52,139 nt of DNA, taken from an uncultured Clostridium sp. (GTDB taxonomy: Bacteria; Bacillota; Clostridia; Lachnospirales; Lachnospiraceae). The DNA lies in contig CABQJA010000001.1 in assembly GCA_902464345.1 (NCBI GenBank), positions 1 to 52,139 of the forward strand, read 5' to 3'. The notes below the pieces were generated by a model, which made no database searches, had not been told where the DNA came from, and saw only the letters and a list, made by a program, of their open reading frames with translations. The translations under genes and the position numbers were made by a program. Each line of letters opens with the position of its first letter. The stretch's first letter is position 1. This document shows, piece after piece, positions 1 through 8,233 of this stretch.

Positions 1-498
1 GGTATATTGATTCTGGCAGTGATATTTGATCTTCGGACATATCGGATTCCGAATCTTCTGACACTGATCGGTGTTCTGATCAGTGCGGGTGGCAGCTTCT
101 GTATAAGAGGAAGCGGCGGATTACCGGGTATTCTTGCAGGGATAGGGATTCCGATGATAGCTTTGTTTTTGTTACATCGGGTTCGGGTACTGGGAGCCGG
201 AGATATTAAGTTGCTAACTGTCATAGGAGGAGCAGCGGGGATGGAAGTCCTGCATGTTATGCTTTACTCCTTTTTAGTCGGCGGTGCGCTGGCTATGATT
301 CATATGTTATATCACCGTAATCTGGTGAATCGTTTACAAGTATTCTGGAATTATGTTCGGACCTGTTTGATCACAGGACACATTATCCCATATGATAGCG
401 GATTTGATCGGGGAGATACCCGATACACAGTACATTTCTCCATAGCGATTCTGGCAGGATATGCTATTTGGATGATCAGGAGGTGGCTGGATTTTTGA
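1..498 (+). CDS. A24-family prepilin (Flp) peptidase, CpaA/TadV-like; probably truncated at the 5' window edge
   Basis: The frame is open from base 1. The product is a polytopic hydrophobic protein with both A24 aspartate motifs: IFDLRTYRIPN near the N-terminus and GAGDIKLL mid-protein. It is the first gene of the tad-like cluster. Confidence 0.8.
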   Translation, partial: GILILAVIFDLRTYRIPNLLTLIGVLISAGGSFCIRGSGGLPGILAGIGIPMIALFLLHRVRVLGAGDIKLLTVIGGAAGMEVLHVMLYSFLVGGALAMIHMLYHRNLVNRLQVFWNYVRTCLITGHIIPYDSGFDRGDTRYTVHFSIAILAGYAIWMIRRWLDF

Positions 499-1619
499 AA
501 AGTTATAAGGTGGCAATCTGTGATACCGAGCCATCCTTTACAATTGCACTTATGAATTATATAAACCGGAATGCCGGAATCCCGATTCTGGCAATGGCAT
601 TTACCGGAGTGGAGCAGCTGCAGGAGTATTTGCGACAGCATGAGACAGATATGATCGTAGTAGATGAAGCAATGGTTTTCGGAGCTGCGGCAGCGGATCG
701 GAGCTGTGGGAAATTATCGGATGAGATACTGGCATCTGTGCCGGTACTGCTACTGTTAAGGCGTGGAGAACATCCGGAAGGATCCGGCGAAGTGATCGGC
801 AGGAGCGCTAATGGGATGGCTGGTGGATCGGCTGGTGAGGGGGCTGACAAAATGGTTGGTAAAGTAAAAGGCATCTCCAAATATTCACCGGCGTCGGTTC
901 TGGTAAAGAAGATGCTGGAAGTACTCGGACAGAAGAGGACATTTATCGGTAGCGGACAGGAGGGTGTGGCAATCGGCATATATTCTCCCATCGGAAGAAG
1001 CGGAAAGAGCCGGCTGGCCGGAGCCCTGTGTGAGTATTGGAGCGGGCAGCCGGAGAATTCAAGCGTAGATGACATTGCTATGTCGGGAAGAACCCTATAT
1101 CTTGGCATGGAAGAATACGGCCCGGAAGGGACTGCTATGGAAACGGTGCTTTACTACCTGAAACAGAGATCCGAAAATCTGTCCATGCAGCTGAAGGCAC
1201 TGGCACAGACAAAAATGGGATATGATTTTATTCCCAGTGCGGGCTGCTACCAGGAGTTACGGGAGCTGAGTGCAGAGGATATGGAGTGGTTGCTGCAGAC
1301 GATCTGCCGGGAAGGATATTACGGACATGTAGCTGCGGATATAGGTTCCGGCAGTTTGGCAGAACTGAAGTGCCTTCTTGCATTTGACGTTATTTATATG
1401 CCCTATTTGCAGGAGCAGGAGGCACGGCAGCGGCTGGAGATGTTCATACGCTGTGTGAAACGAATGGGTATCTGGGAGGATCTGAACCGGAGATGTTATC
1501 CGGTGAATGTGGAAGAAGTCCTTGGAAAGACAGATGGAGTCCGGTGGCTGGAGCAGGCACGTGCGGATGGGAGTCTTTCAACACTGCATAGCTGGAGTGA
1601 ACAGTGGAAGGATGAATAG
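468..1619 (+). CDS. TadZ/CpaE-like pilus assembly protein (receiver-like N-domain plus degenerate ParA/MinD-type P-loop domain)
   Basis: It sits between the prepilin peptidase and cpaF. The C-terminal half has a reduced P-loop-like segment, IYSPIGRSGKSRLA. A Gly/Ser-rich linker separates the domains. The start is ambiguous: ATG 468, or TTG 495 downstream of AGGAGG. Confidence 0.5.
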   Translation: MDDQEVAGFLKSYKVAICDTEPSFTIALMNYINRNAGIPILAMAFTGVEQLQEYLRQHETDMIVVDEAMVFGAAAADRSCGKLSDEILASVPVLLLLRRGEHPEGSGEVIGRSANGMAGGSAGEGADKMVGKVKGISKYSPASVLVKKMLEVLGQKRTFIGSGQEGVAIGIYSPIGRSGKSRLAGALCEYWSGQPENSSVDDIAMSGRTLYLGMEEYGPEGTAMETVLYYLKQRSENLSMQLKALAQTKMGYDFIPSAGCYQELRELSAEDMEWLLQTICREGYYGHVAADIGSGSLAELKCLLAFDVIYMPYLQEQEARQRLEMFIRCVKRMGIWEDLNRRCYPVNVEEVLGKTDGVRWLEQARADGSLSTLHSWSEQWKDE

Positions 1620-1625
1620 CAACCG

Positions 1626-1736
1626 AGCAGAACAGAAGCAGTAAAGCAGAGGAAACAGAATAAAGGTAGCAGAACAGAAGTAACAGAGCAAAGATAGCAG
1701 AATAGAGGTAACAGAATAGAAGCAGCAGAACAGAAG
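1626..1736 (+). repeat. Purine-rich intergenic repeat: the 13-mer AGCAGAACAGAAG three times exactly plus one variant (AGCAGAATAGAGG)
   Basis: Copies start at 1626, 1668, 1696 (variant) and 1724, giving spacings of 42, 28 and 28 nt. The region is almost devoid of pyrimidines. It ends directly at the GAGGAGG Shine-Dalgarno of cpaF. Confidence 0.85.
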
Positions 1737-1752
1737 TGAGGAGGTGCAGGTC

Positions 1753-3030
1753 ATGATGCCGGAGAATATAGATACGCTCAGTCGGGAACTGGAGGAAATG
1801 GTACGGGCGGAACTGAATATGAGAGAAGCAGTCAGTGATCTTCAGGTTCAACAGGAGATCGATCGTCAGATCCTGTTGAAGACCGGCGATTGTTATATTC
1901 CATTGAAGGAGAAGCTGGAACTAAAGGAGCGGGTATTCAGCTCGATTCGTGGGCTGGATTGTCTGGCAACGATCATGAGTCGGGAAGATATCACAGAGAT
2001 TATGATTAATAATTATCGGAAGATTTTTGTAGAACGAGACGGGCATCTGGAAAGATGGAAGGGCGGTTTTTCATCGGAAGAGAAGTACATGGATGTGATT
2101 CAGCAGGTGGCAGCGCAGTGTAATCGCATTGTAAATGAAAGCTCACCGATCGTAGACGCCAGACTTTCGGATGGCTCCAGAGTCAATGTGGTACTTGCTC
2201 CGGTTGCACTGGATGGTGCAGTTATGACGATCCGGCGGTTTCCAAAGCATAACTTTAGTGCAAAGGATCTGATCGAACGGGCAATGCTATCGGAGGAACT
2301 GACGCAGCTATTAAGACTTCTGGTCAGAAGCCGTTATAACATTCTGATATCCGGTGGCACCGGTTCCGGAAAGACCACTTTTCTGAATGTAATGGCAGAT
2401 TTCATCCCGAAGGAGGAACGTATTATTACGATCGAAGACTCCGCAGAGCTTAAGTTGCAGGCCATTGAGAATCTGGTACGGCTGGAGGTTCGGAATGCCA
2501 ATGTAGAAGGGAAAAATGCGATTCATATCAAGGATCTGATCCGAAGTTCCCTGCGGATGCGGCCGACCAGAATTATTGTCGGTGAGGTTCGGGGAGAAGA
2601 GGCACTGGATATGCTTCAGGCCATGAATACCGGACATGACGGATCGCTGTCAACGGGGCATGCCAATTCTGCAAGAGATATGTTATATCGGTTGGAAACC
2701 ATGGTTTTAATGGGAATCGAGATGCCTTTGCCGGCAATCCGGCAGCAGATAGCATCTGCCATCGACATCATTGTACATATCGGAAGATTGTCCGACGGTC
2801 GGAGAAAGGTTCTGGAAGTGGTAGAAATACTGGGAATGCAGGAAGGAGAGATAAAGCTTCATACATTGTGTAAGTACCGGAGGCGAGGACAGGAAAAGGA
2901 GGAAACAGATGAAGACTGGAGGTTTAAAGAGCCTGTCTGTCATACAGAGAAACTGGAGGCGGCAGGGTGCCTGGAAGAATATCAGGCATTATATGAAGCC
3001 GGAGTATCTGGCGGTCTGGCTTGTCGGTAG
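1753..3030 (+). CDS. cpaF: CpaF/TadA-family type IV pilus (Tad) secretion ATPase
   Basis: Motifs present: Walker A GGTGSGKTT, Asp box ITIEDSAEL, RIIVGEVRGEEA and TGHDGSLSTGHAN. GAGGAGG lies 8 nt upstream of ATG 1753. The track start, GTG 1744, abuts the SD. Confidence 0.9.
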   Translation: MMPENIDTLSRELEEMVRAELNMREAVSDLQVQQEIDRQILLKTGDCYIPLKEKLELKERVFSSIRGLDCLATIMSREDITEIMINNYRKIFVERDGHLERWKGGFSSEEKYMDVIQQVAAQCNRIVNESSPIVDARLSDGSRVNVVLAPVALDGAVMTIRRFPKHNFSAKDLIERAMLSEELTQLLRLLVRSRYNILISGGTGSGKTTFLNVMADFIPKEERIITIEDSAELKLQAIENLVRLEVRNANVEGKNAIHIKDLIRSSLRMRPTRIIVGEVRGEEALDMLQAMNTGHDGSLSTGHANSARDMLYRLETMVLMGIEMPLPAIRQQIASAIDIIVHIGRLSDGRRKVLEVVEILGMQEGEIKLHTLCKYRRRGQEKEETDEDWRFKEPVCHTEKLEAAGCLEEYQALYEAGVSGGLACR

Positions 3031-3706
3031 TCTGGTCTGTCTGGTCCTGGGATGGTTATTCTATGACTCATGGAAGATGGGACTGCTGCTATTTCCTGCA
3101 AATATATGGTTTCTGAAGTTATATGAGAAGAAGCGGCAGGAGTATCAGGCGACGTTGCTATTGAGCGAGTTCAAGGAGCTGCTGCAGATATTGACAGCGA
3201 ATCTGAAGGCAGGGGCTGCGTTAGAGCATGCATGGAAGGCAGCAGAAAGGGATTTTGCGGATTTACATACGGGAGACAGTCCGATGGATAGGGAAGCACG
3301 GAAGGTTATTCAGAAGATAGAGCTGAATATTCCGATTGAGCAGGCAATGTTTGAATTCGCAGAGGAAAGTGGTCAGGAAGATATTCTGAGTTTTGCAGAG
3401 GTGTTACGGACGGCCAAGCGAAGTGGCGGTAATCTTGTGCAGATTATGGAAAATACCACCGGAATCATAACAGAAAAAATAGAAATCGGACAGGAGATTC
3501 AGGTAATGCTGTCCGGAAAGAGGCTGGAACAGCGGATTATGTGTGGAATGCCACTTTTTATGCTGTTGTATCTGCGTATCGGCAATCCGGGATATCTGAA
3601 CGGACTATATCATAATGCGACCGGCATGCTGATCATGAGCGGTTGTATGTTGGGAACGATTCTGGCGTTCTGCTGGGGAAACCGGATTATGAGAATCGAG
3701 GTGTAG
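2993..3706 (+). CDS. tadB: TadB-like type II secretion system F-family membrane protein
   Basis: It has an N-terminal TM segment, a soluble helical T2SS-F-like region and C-terminal TM helices, and it follows cpaF. An alternative start at ATG 2909 has a strong AAGGAGG SD but would overlap cpaF by 122 nt. Confidence 0.7.
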   Translation: MKPEYLAVWLVGSLVCLVLGWLFYDSWKMGLLLFPANIWFLKLYEKKRQEYQATLLLSEFKELLQILTANLKAGAALEHAWKAAERDFADLHTGDSPMDREARKVIQKIELNIPIEQAMFEFAEESGQEDILSFAEVLRTAKRSGGNLVQIMENTTGIITEKIEIGQEIQVMLSGKRLEQRIMCGMPLFMLLYLRIGNPGYLNGLYHNATGMLIMSGCMLGTILAFCWGNRIMRIEV

Positions 3707-3710
3707 CTTT

Positions 3711-5063
3711 GTGAGCAGAAAATATACTGAGAAAACGGCAGGGCGGCTTTATCGGTGGCTGCGGGCAAACAGACTGCTTCGTGTAGAGCCGGTTCAGAAG
3801 GATCTGGTGCAGCTATATGGAGGAAATCCGACACAGACGGAGCAATTACTTCAGGACTATTATACGGAGCTGATACGTAAGACAATGCTTGCAGCTGTTG
3901 TAATAGGAATATTTGTATTGGCAGTCATCCTTATGGAAAATCTGCAGCAGACAGATGAGATTCATCTGGAACGGATGCCGTATGGAGAAGATGCAACGGA
4001 ATATTCTTTGCAGGCAGTTGAGAACGGCAATCGAAAACTGGAACTACAGGTAGAAGTACCGGCAGTGCGTTATACCGAGCAGGAACTGGAGGCACAGTTT
4101 CAAAACGGTTTTCAATATCTGGAGGAAGAAATGCCGGGAGAAAATGAAGATATGGAACAGATTACAATGGATCTGAATCTGATAAAAAGCATTCCGGAAA
4201 GCGGTATCGGTGTGCGATGGATCAGCAGTGACTATGAACTTCTGGAGGAGAATGGAACGCTTCATAATCAGACATTGAAGGTGCCGACAGAGGTTGTGCT
4301 GCAACTGGAATTATCCTATGAGGATGAGGTAAGAACCAGAGAGTATCAGCTAATGATTTATCCCGGAATACTGACCGGTGAAGCGAGGCAGAAGCAGGAA
4401 CTGGCAGAGGCTGTTTCCAGAGAGATAGAAGCCCAGCAATATGAGGCTGATATTACGCTTCCGAAGGAGATCAATGGCTATCGGATTGAGCTGCCATCTC
4501 AGACAGGAAGGGTGATTGCGGTTGTACTGACAGGAGGAATCCTGATCATGCTGATGCTTTGGATGCGAAAACGGGAAAATCTGCATCTTGAAGTAAAAAA
4601 GCGCAAGCAGAAACTGTTGATCGCCTACCCGGGATTTATGAACCAGCTACAGTTATATCTGGGAGCGGGAGCAACCGTTCAGGGTGCCCTGGAGCGTGTT
4701 ATGGAACAATATGAAAGGAACCGACAGACAACACAGGTGCTTTATCAGGAGCTGGATATTCTGCGGAATGAAATCCGTTCCGGAATCACACAGGAGGAGG
4801 CATACCTGCGACTCGGCAAAAGAACCGGTCTGGCTCCGTATATGAGGCTGGCATCATTATTAAGTCGTCAGCTCCGCACGGGTGGACAGGAGATTCGACT
4901 GCAACTGGAGGAAGAGGTGCAGGCTGCATTTACATTTCGAAAGGAGCAGGCAAAGAAGGCAGGCGAAGAGGCAGGTACGAAGATGCTGTTGCCTATGATC
5001 CTGTTAATGATCATTTCGATGGTGGTAATCATAATTCCGGCATGGAAGGATTTTGCTTTGTGA
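3711..5063 (+). CDS. tadC: TadC-like type II secretion system F-family membrane protein with an extended N-terminal region
   Basis: The start is GTG, after GAGGTG. The C-terminal ~170 aa are T2SS-F-like (LQLYLGAGATVQGALERV, terminal TM LLPMILLMIISMVVIIIP). One central TM segment is present. The gene follows tadB. Confidence 0.7.
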   Translation: MSRKYTEKTAGRLYRWLRANRLLRVEPVQKDLVQLYGGNPTQTEQLLQDYYTELIRKTMLAAVVIGIFVLAVILMENLQQTDEIHLERMPYGEDATEYSLQAVENGNRKLELQVEVPAVRYTEQELEAQFQNGFQYLEEEMPGENEDMEQITMDLNLIKSIPESGIGVRWISSDYELLEENGTLHNQTLKVPTEVVLQLELSYEDEVRTREYQLMIYPGILTGEARQKQELAEAVSREIEAQQYEADITLPKEINGYRIELPSQTGRVIAVVLTGGILIMLMLWMRKRENLHLEVKKRKQKLLIAYPGFMNQLQLYLGAGATVQGALERVMEQYERNRQTTQVLYQELDILRNEIRSGITQEEAYLRLGKRTGLAPYMRLASLLSRQLRTGGQEIRLQLEEEVQAAFTFRKEQAKKAGEEAGTKMLLPMILLMIISMVVIIIPAWKDFAL

Positions 5064-5111
5064 CAATGTAACAAATAGATTTATGAAATATGACGGAAGG
5101 AGAATACGAAT

Positions 5112-5294
5112 ATGGAAGAAATCAAGGACTTTTTAATGGGTGAACACTCAGAAGATGGTATGGGTGTGGTAGAGGTATTATTGATCATTGTTGTTCTGGT
5201 CGGACTGGTTATTATTTTTCAGAAGCAGATTACGCAGCTGGTAAATAAGATCTGGAAAGCAATCAACAGAGATGCAGCTACCGTATATAAGTAA
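5112..5294 (+). CDS. flp: Flp-family type IVb pilin precursor
   Basis: The 60-aa product has a charged leader ending SEDG, followed by MGVVEVLLIIVVLVGLVIIF. This fits the G|xxxxE(V/Y) processing motif plus a hydrophobic helix. GGAAGGAG SD upstream. It lies immediately downstream of tadC. Confidence 0.75.
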   Translation: MEEIKDFLMGEHSEDGMGVVEVLLIIVVLVGLVIIFQKQITQLVNKIWKAINRDAATVYK

Positions 5295-5311
5295 AACAGG
5301 AGGCCGGAACC

Positions 5312-6856
5312 ATGAGAGGAATGCAGAATAAAGGACAGATCACGGTGTTTGTATGTTTGATCGTATGTGTGTTTCTGATACTGATACTTACAGTTTTGCA
5401 GGGAATACGCATCCGGGAAGGAAAAGCGAAATGCAGTCAGTCGGTTTCTGCGGCCTGTAGAAGTATAAAGGGTGATTATCAGCCGGACCTGTTCCGGCGA
5501 TATCACATCCTTGCTCTGGATAAGACATATTACGGAAAGGGAGAAGGCTTTTTGGAGCAAAGAATAGAGGACTTTCTGGAATATAATCTGGAGCCGGATA
5601 AGACACCCTATCATTTCCGGGTACAGGAGGTAGTGCTGACAGACAGTCAGTCATTAACGGAGGATTCTCTAAAGGGATTTCGTCAGCAGATTCATGAGTA
5701 TATGAAGCTTCGGGTTCCGCAGCTGGTGATAGAAAGGATACTGCAAAAGACAGAGTCCGGTCAGAAGCTGGATCGAGATGCTGTGCAGCAGGAACTGGAA
5801 GATCAGTCTGAGCATACGGTGACGATAGAACCCGGACAGGCAATGAATGGACAGAATCAGAATATATCTGTGGAGACCATTGGAGATTCGGTTACGGAAA
5901 CAGAAGACGGAGAAGCAATGATAGATCCGAGAGGGGCAATGAAGCTATTGCTCGGCATGGATATTCTGGATCTGGTTCTTCCGGATAAGGTGATGGCAAT
6001 ATCCACAGAAACCGTAAGACTGAAGGAAATGCCGTCTGCAGAGTATCCAACATCGGGCAAGGGATTTTGGATATTTGAAGGTGACGATCTCGGACTTTCG
6101 GATATGGCAGATGTATTTAAGCAGGAGACATTCTGGAATGATATTGGAGGTCTGACGGCCGGTGGAGATGATAATGGTCAGGGTGGTTATAGACCGGAAG
6201 CTGCGTTGTATGCGATAGATACCTTTCAGAATGCGACCAATTGGGACGGTGAGAATAATCAGCTGCTGGAATTTGAAGTGGAGTATCTGCTTGCCGGAAA
6301 GGAGTCGGATCATAAGAATTTATCACAGGTAGCTACGCAATTGTCCTGGATCCGGTTTATTCCCAATATGTGCTATGCCTGTAGCAACCAGACAATGAAG
6401 GATGAGACATTGGCAGTAGCAACACTGCTGCTTACACCGGTTGGACTGGTAGAACTGGCAGAACCGGTATCCTATATCATTCTGGGAGGCTGGTCCTATG
6501 GTGAGAGTCTGGTAGATGTAAAGGCATTGTTGCATGGGAAAACAGTTCCGGTTACCAAGGACGAAACAACCTGGAGTCTATCTTTGCGGAATCTTGCTGA
6601 CATTAGTCAGATATCCGGAAAAGAATGTGACGATAGTCGGGGATTACGGTATGAGGAGTATTTATTTCTGATGCTGGCATTACAGGACACCGAGCTACAG
6701 TGTTACCGGATGTTGGATGTGATGCAGGTGAATATTCAGGAGACCATACCGGAATTTGAAATAAAGAACTGTATTGTAAGCTTTGAAGTGCAGGTGACCG
6801 TGCGGGAGGACAACCGGCAATGGCATTTTCAGGCTTCAGACGGATATATAGAATAA
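5312..6856 (+). CDS. Large Tad-associated membrane-anchored protein (DUF5702-like by recollection); function unknown
   Basis: AGGAGG SD upstream. The N-terminus MRGMQNKG|QITVFVCLIVCVFLILIL resembles a pseudopilin leader plus TM. The rest is a large acidic extracytoplasmic region with no catalytic motif that I recognise. Confidence 0.6.
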   Translation: MRGMQNKGQITVFVCLIVCVFLILILTVLQGIRIREGKAKCSQSVSAACRSIKGDYQPDLFRRYHILALDKTYYGKGEGFLEQRIEDFLEYNLEPDKTPYHFRVQEVVLTDSQSLTEDSLKGFRQQIHEYMKLRVPQLVIERILQKTESGQKLDRDAVQQELEDQSEHTVTIEPGQAMNGQNQNISVETIGDSVTETEDGEAMIDPRGAMKLLLGMDILDLVLPDKVMAISTETVRLKEMPSAEYPTSGKGFWIFEGDDLGLSDMADVFKQETFWNDIGGLTAGGDDNGQGGYRPEAALYAIDTFQNATNWDGENNQLLEFEVEYLLAGKESDHKNLSQVATQLSWIRFIPNMCYACSNQTMKDETLAVATLLLTPVGLVELAEPVSYIILGGWSYGESLVDVKALLHGKTVPVTKDETTWSLSLRNLADISQISGKECDDSRGLRYEEYLFLMLALQDTELQCYRMLDVMQVNIQETIPEFEIKNCIVSFEVQVTVREDNRQWHFQASDGYIE

Positions 6857-6893
6857 TTAGCGGAAATCGGTAGAAGAAGAGAGGTGTTTTGAA

Positions 6894-7967
6894 ATGTATA
6901 CCGGCTCATCAAATTATCACAGAAGCCTGTCAGGGATGCACAAAAAGACAGGTGGGTCAAAGCAGAGGCAGAAGATCTCAAAAAATAAGAAAAAGTTATC
7001 GCTTTGTTACAGGACTCCGTTCGGAAGTAACCGGTATGGCCGGATATTTCTGGAAGATCTGATACTTCTGAATCAGGACCGGATTGTGAAAGCCCCCCCG
7101 GTGAGTCAGTATACAGTTCAAAGCACCTCTGCAGATGAGGAGAAATCAGAGGAAACAGCAACAGAAAATCAAGATTTAAAAAATCAGGATCTGAAAAATC
7201 ATGGGTGGAAAAATCAGGGCTCTGCTACTCTGGAGGTGACGCTGATTCTTCCGATATTACTGTTTGCTCTCTGGATGTTTTATTCTATGGGGCAGATTTT
7301 TATCATGGAAAATCAGATTTACCAGGCGGTAAATAATACCGCTGACAGTATGGCGGAGACTGCGTACCTGAAACAGGTAGTTGAAGAAGGAATAGAAGTA
7401 GAGGGGAGCCGTGTTTTAGACTGGGGAGAAGCCTTTCTGCAATTTCGGACATTCCTTGGTGAGAACGAGAGAGTAGAACGGTATGTATTTGGCGGAAGAA
7501 ACGGGATTCTGCTGGATGGCACTCCGGTCCTGGATGAAGAAGGATTTATCTGCATTGGGGTAAAATATCTGGTGCGAATACAGGCACCGTTTTTTCGAAG
7601 TATCCATGTGCCTGTTCAGGCACACATCCGACAAAAGGCATATGTAGGATACGTGAAATCGGAGGATCCGACAGATCAGACATATGTATACGTGGCAGAG
7701 CATAGTACGGTTTATCATCTGAGCAGGAGCTGCAGCCATTTAAAGCTGACAATCTATACAGTATCATCAGCGGTATTAGATGAGAATTATCCCGGCCTGC
7801 GGGCATGTGAATATTGCGGAGAGAGGCCGGCGGATATTTATTATGTTACACCGACCGGGGATTGCTATCATACATCCAGAGAATGCAGTGGATTAAAGCG
7901 GACGGTTCGCCGTGTGTTGAAAAGTGAAGTGCCGGGATACGCTCCTTGTTCCAGATGCGGATCCTGA
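6894..7967 (+). CDS. TadE-like pseudopilin with a long repeat-containing leader and a C-terminal duplicated H-C-C-C motif domain
   Basis: WKNQG|SATLEVTLILPILLFALWMFY matches the TadE N-terminal motif at aa 105-130. The C-terminus carries two copies of YHxSRxCSxLK...CxxC. The start is uncertain: ATG 6894 with a GAGAGG SD, or GTG 7086. Confidence 0.65.
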   Translation: MYTGSSNYHRSLSGMHKKTGGSKQRQKISKNKKKLSLCYRTPFGSNRYGRIFLEDLILLNQDRIVKAPPVSQYTVQSTSADEEKSEETATENQDLKNQDLKNHGWKNQGSATLEVTLILPILLFALWMFYSMGQIFIMENQIYQAVNNTADSMAETAYLKQVVEEGIEVEGSRVLDWGEAFLQFRTFLGENERVERYVFGGRNGILLDGTPVLDEEGFICIGVKYLVRIQAPFFRSIHVPVQAHIRQKAYVGYVKSEDPTDQTYVYVAEHSTVYHLSRSCSHLKLTIYTVSSAVLDENYPGLRACEYCGERPADIYYVTPTGDCYHTSRECSGLKRTVRRVLKSEVPGYAPCSRCGS

Positions 7968-8018
7968 GCATGAAATGAAGATACAGTCAGAAACGGAGGC
8001 AAAGACAGAAGCAGGATG

Positions 8019-8233
8019 GTGAATAGCAATAGAAAAGCCGACAGGAGTAGAACGGTAGATAGAAACGAAAAAGCCGACAGGAGCAGAACGGTGGATAGAA
8101 ACGAAAAAGCCGGCAGGAGTAGAATTATGAACAGAAACGAAGAGGCAGGTGGGATAGAACCGTGAATAGAACCGGAAATACAAGTAAGTGTAGAACCGAG
8201 GATAGAAGCAGGAAGCCGCACAGAAATAGAAAT
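8019..8233 (+). repeat. 36-bp tandem repeat, about 6 copies (copy 4 is 35 bp), spanning the intergenic region and the 5' end of the next pseudopilin gene
   Basis: Units start at 8019, 8055, 8091, 8127, 8162 and 8198. The consensus is roughly GTGGATAGAAACGAAAAAGCCGACAGGAGCAGAACG. Units 1-3 each carry AGGAG followed 7-8 nt later by GTA, GTG or ATG. Confidence 0.9.

Noticed and set aside
1617-8165. Multiple in-frame TAG codons after the TadZ-like stop and in one frame of the 8021-8161 repeats. Could this be stop-codon readthrough, pyrrolysine or TAG reassignment?
   Set aside because: The TAGs come from the recurring ATAGAA/GTAGAA words of the repeats. Other genes in the window (cpaF, tadB) end at TAG with normal protein lengths. 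No pyl genes or PYLIS-like context is visible.
8019-8233. Could the 36-bp repeat array be a small CRISPR array?
   Set aside because: The units are directly contiguous with no spacers. They are purine-rich rather than palindromic, they diverge progressively, they are codon-phased, and no cas genes are present.
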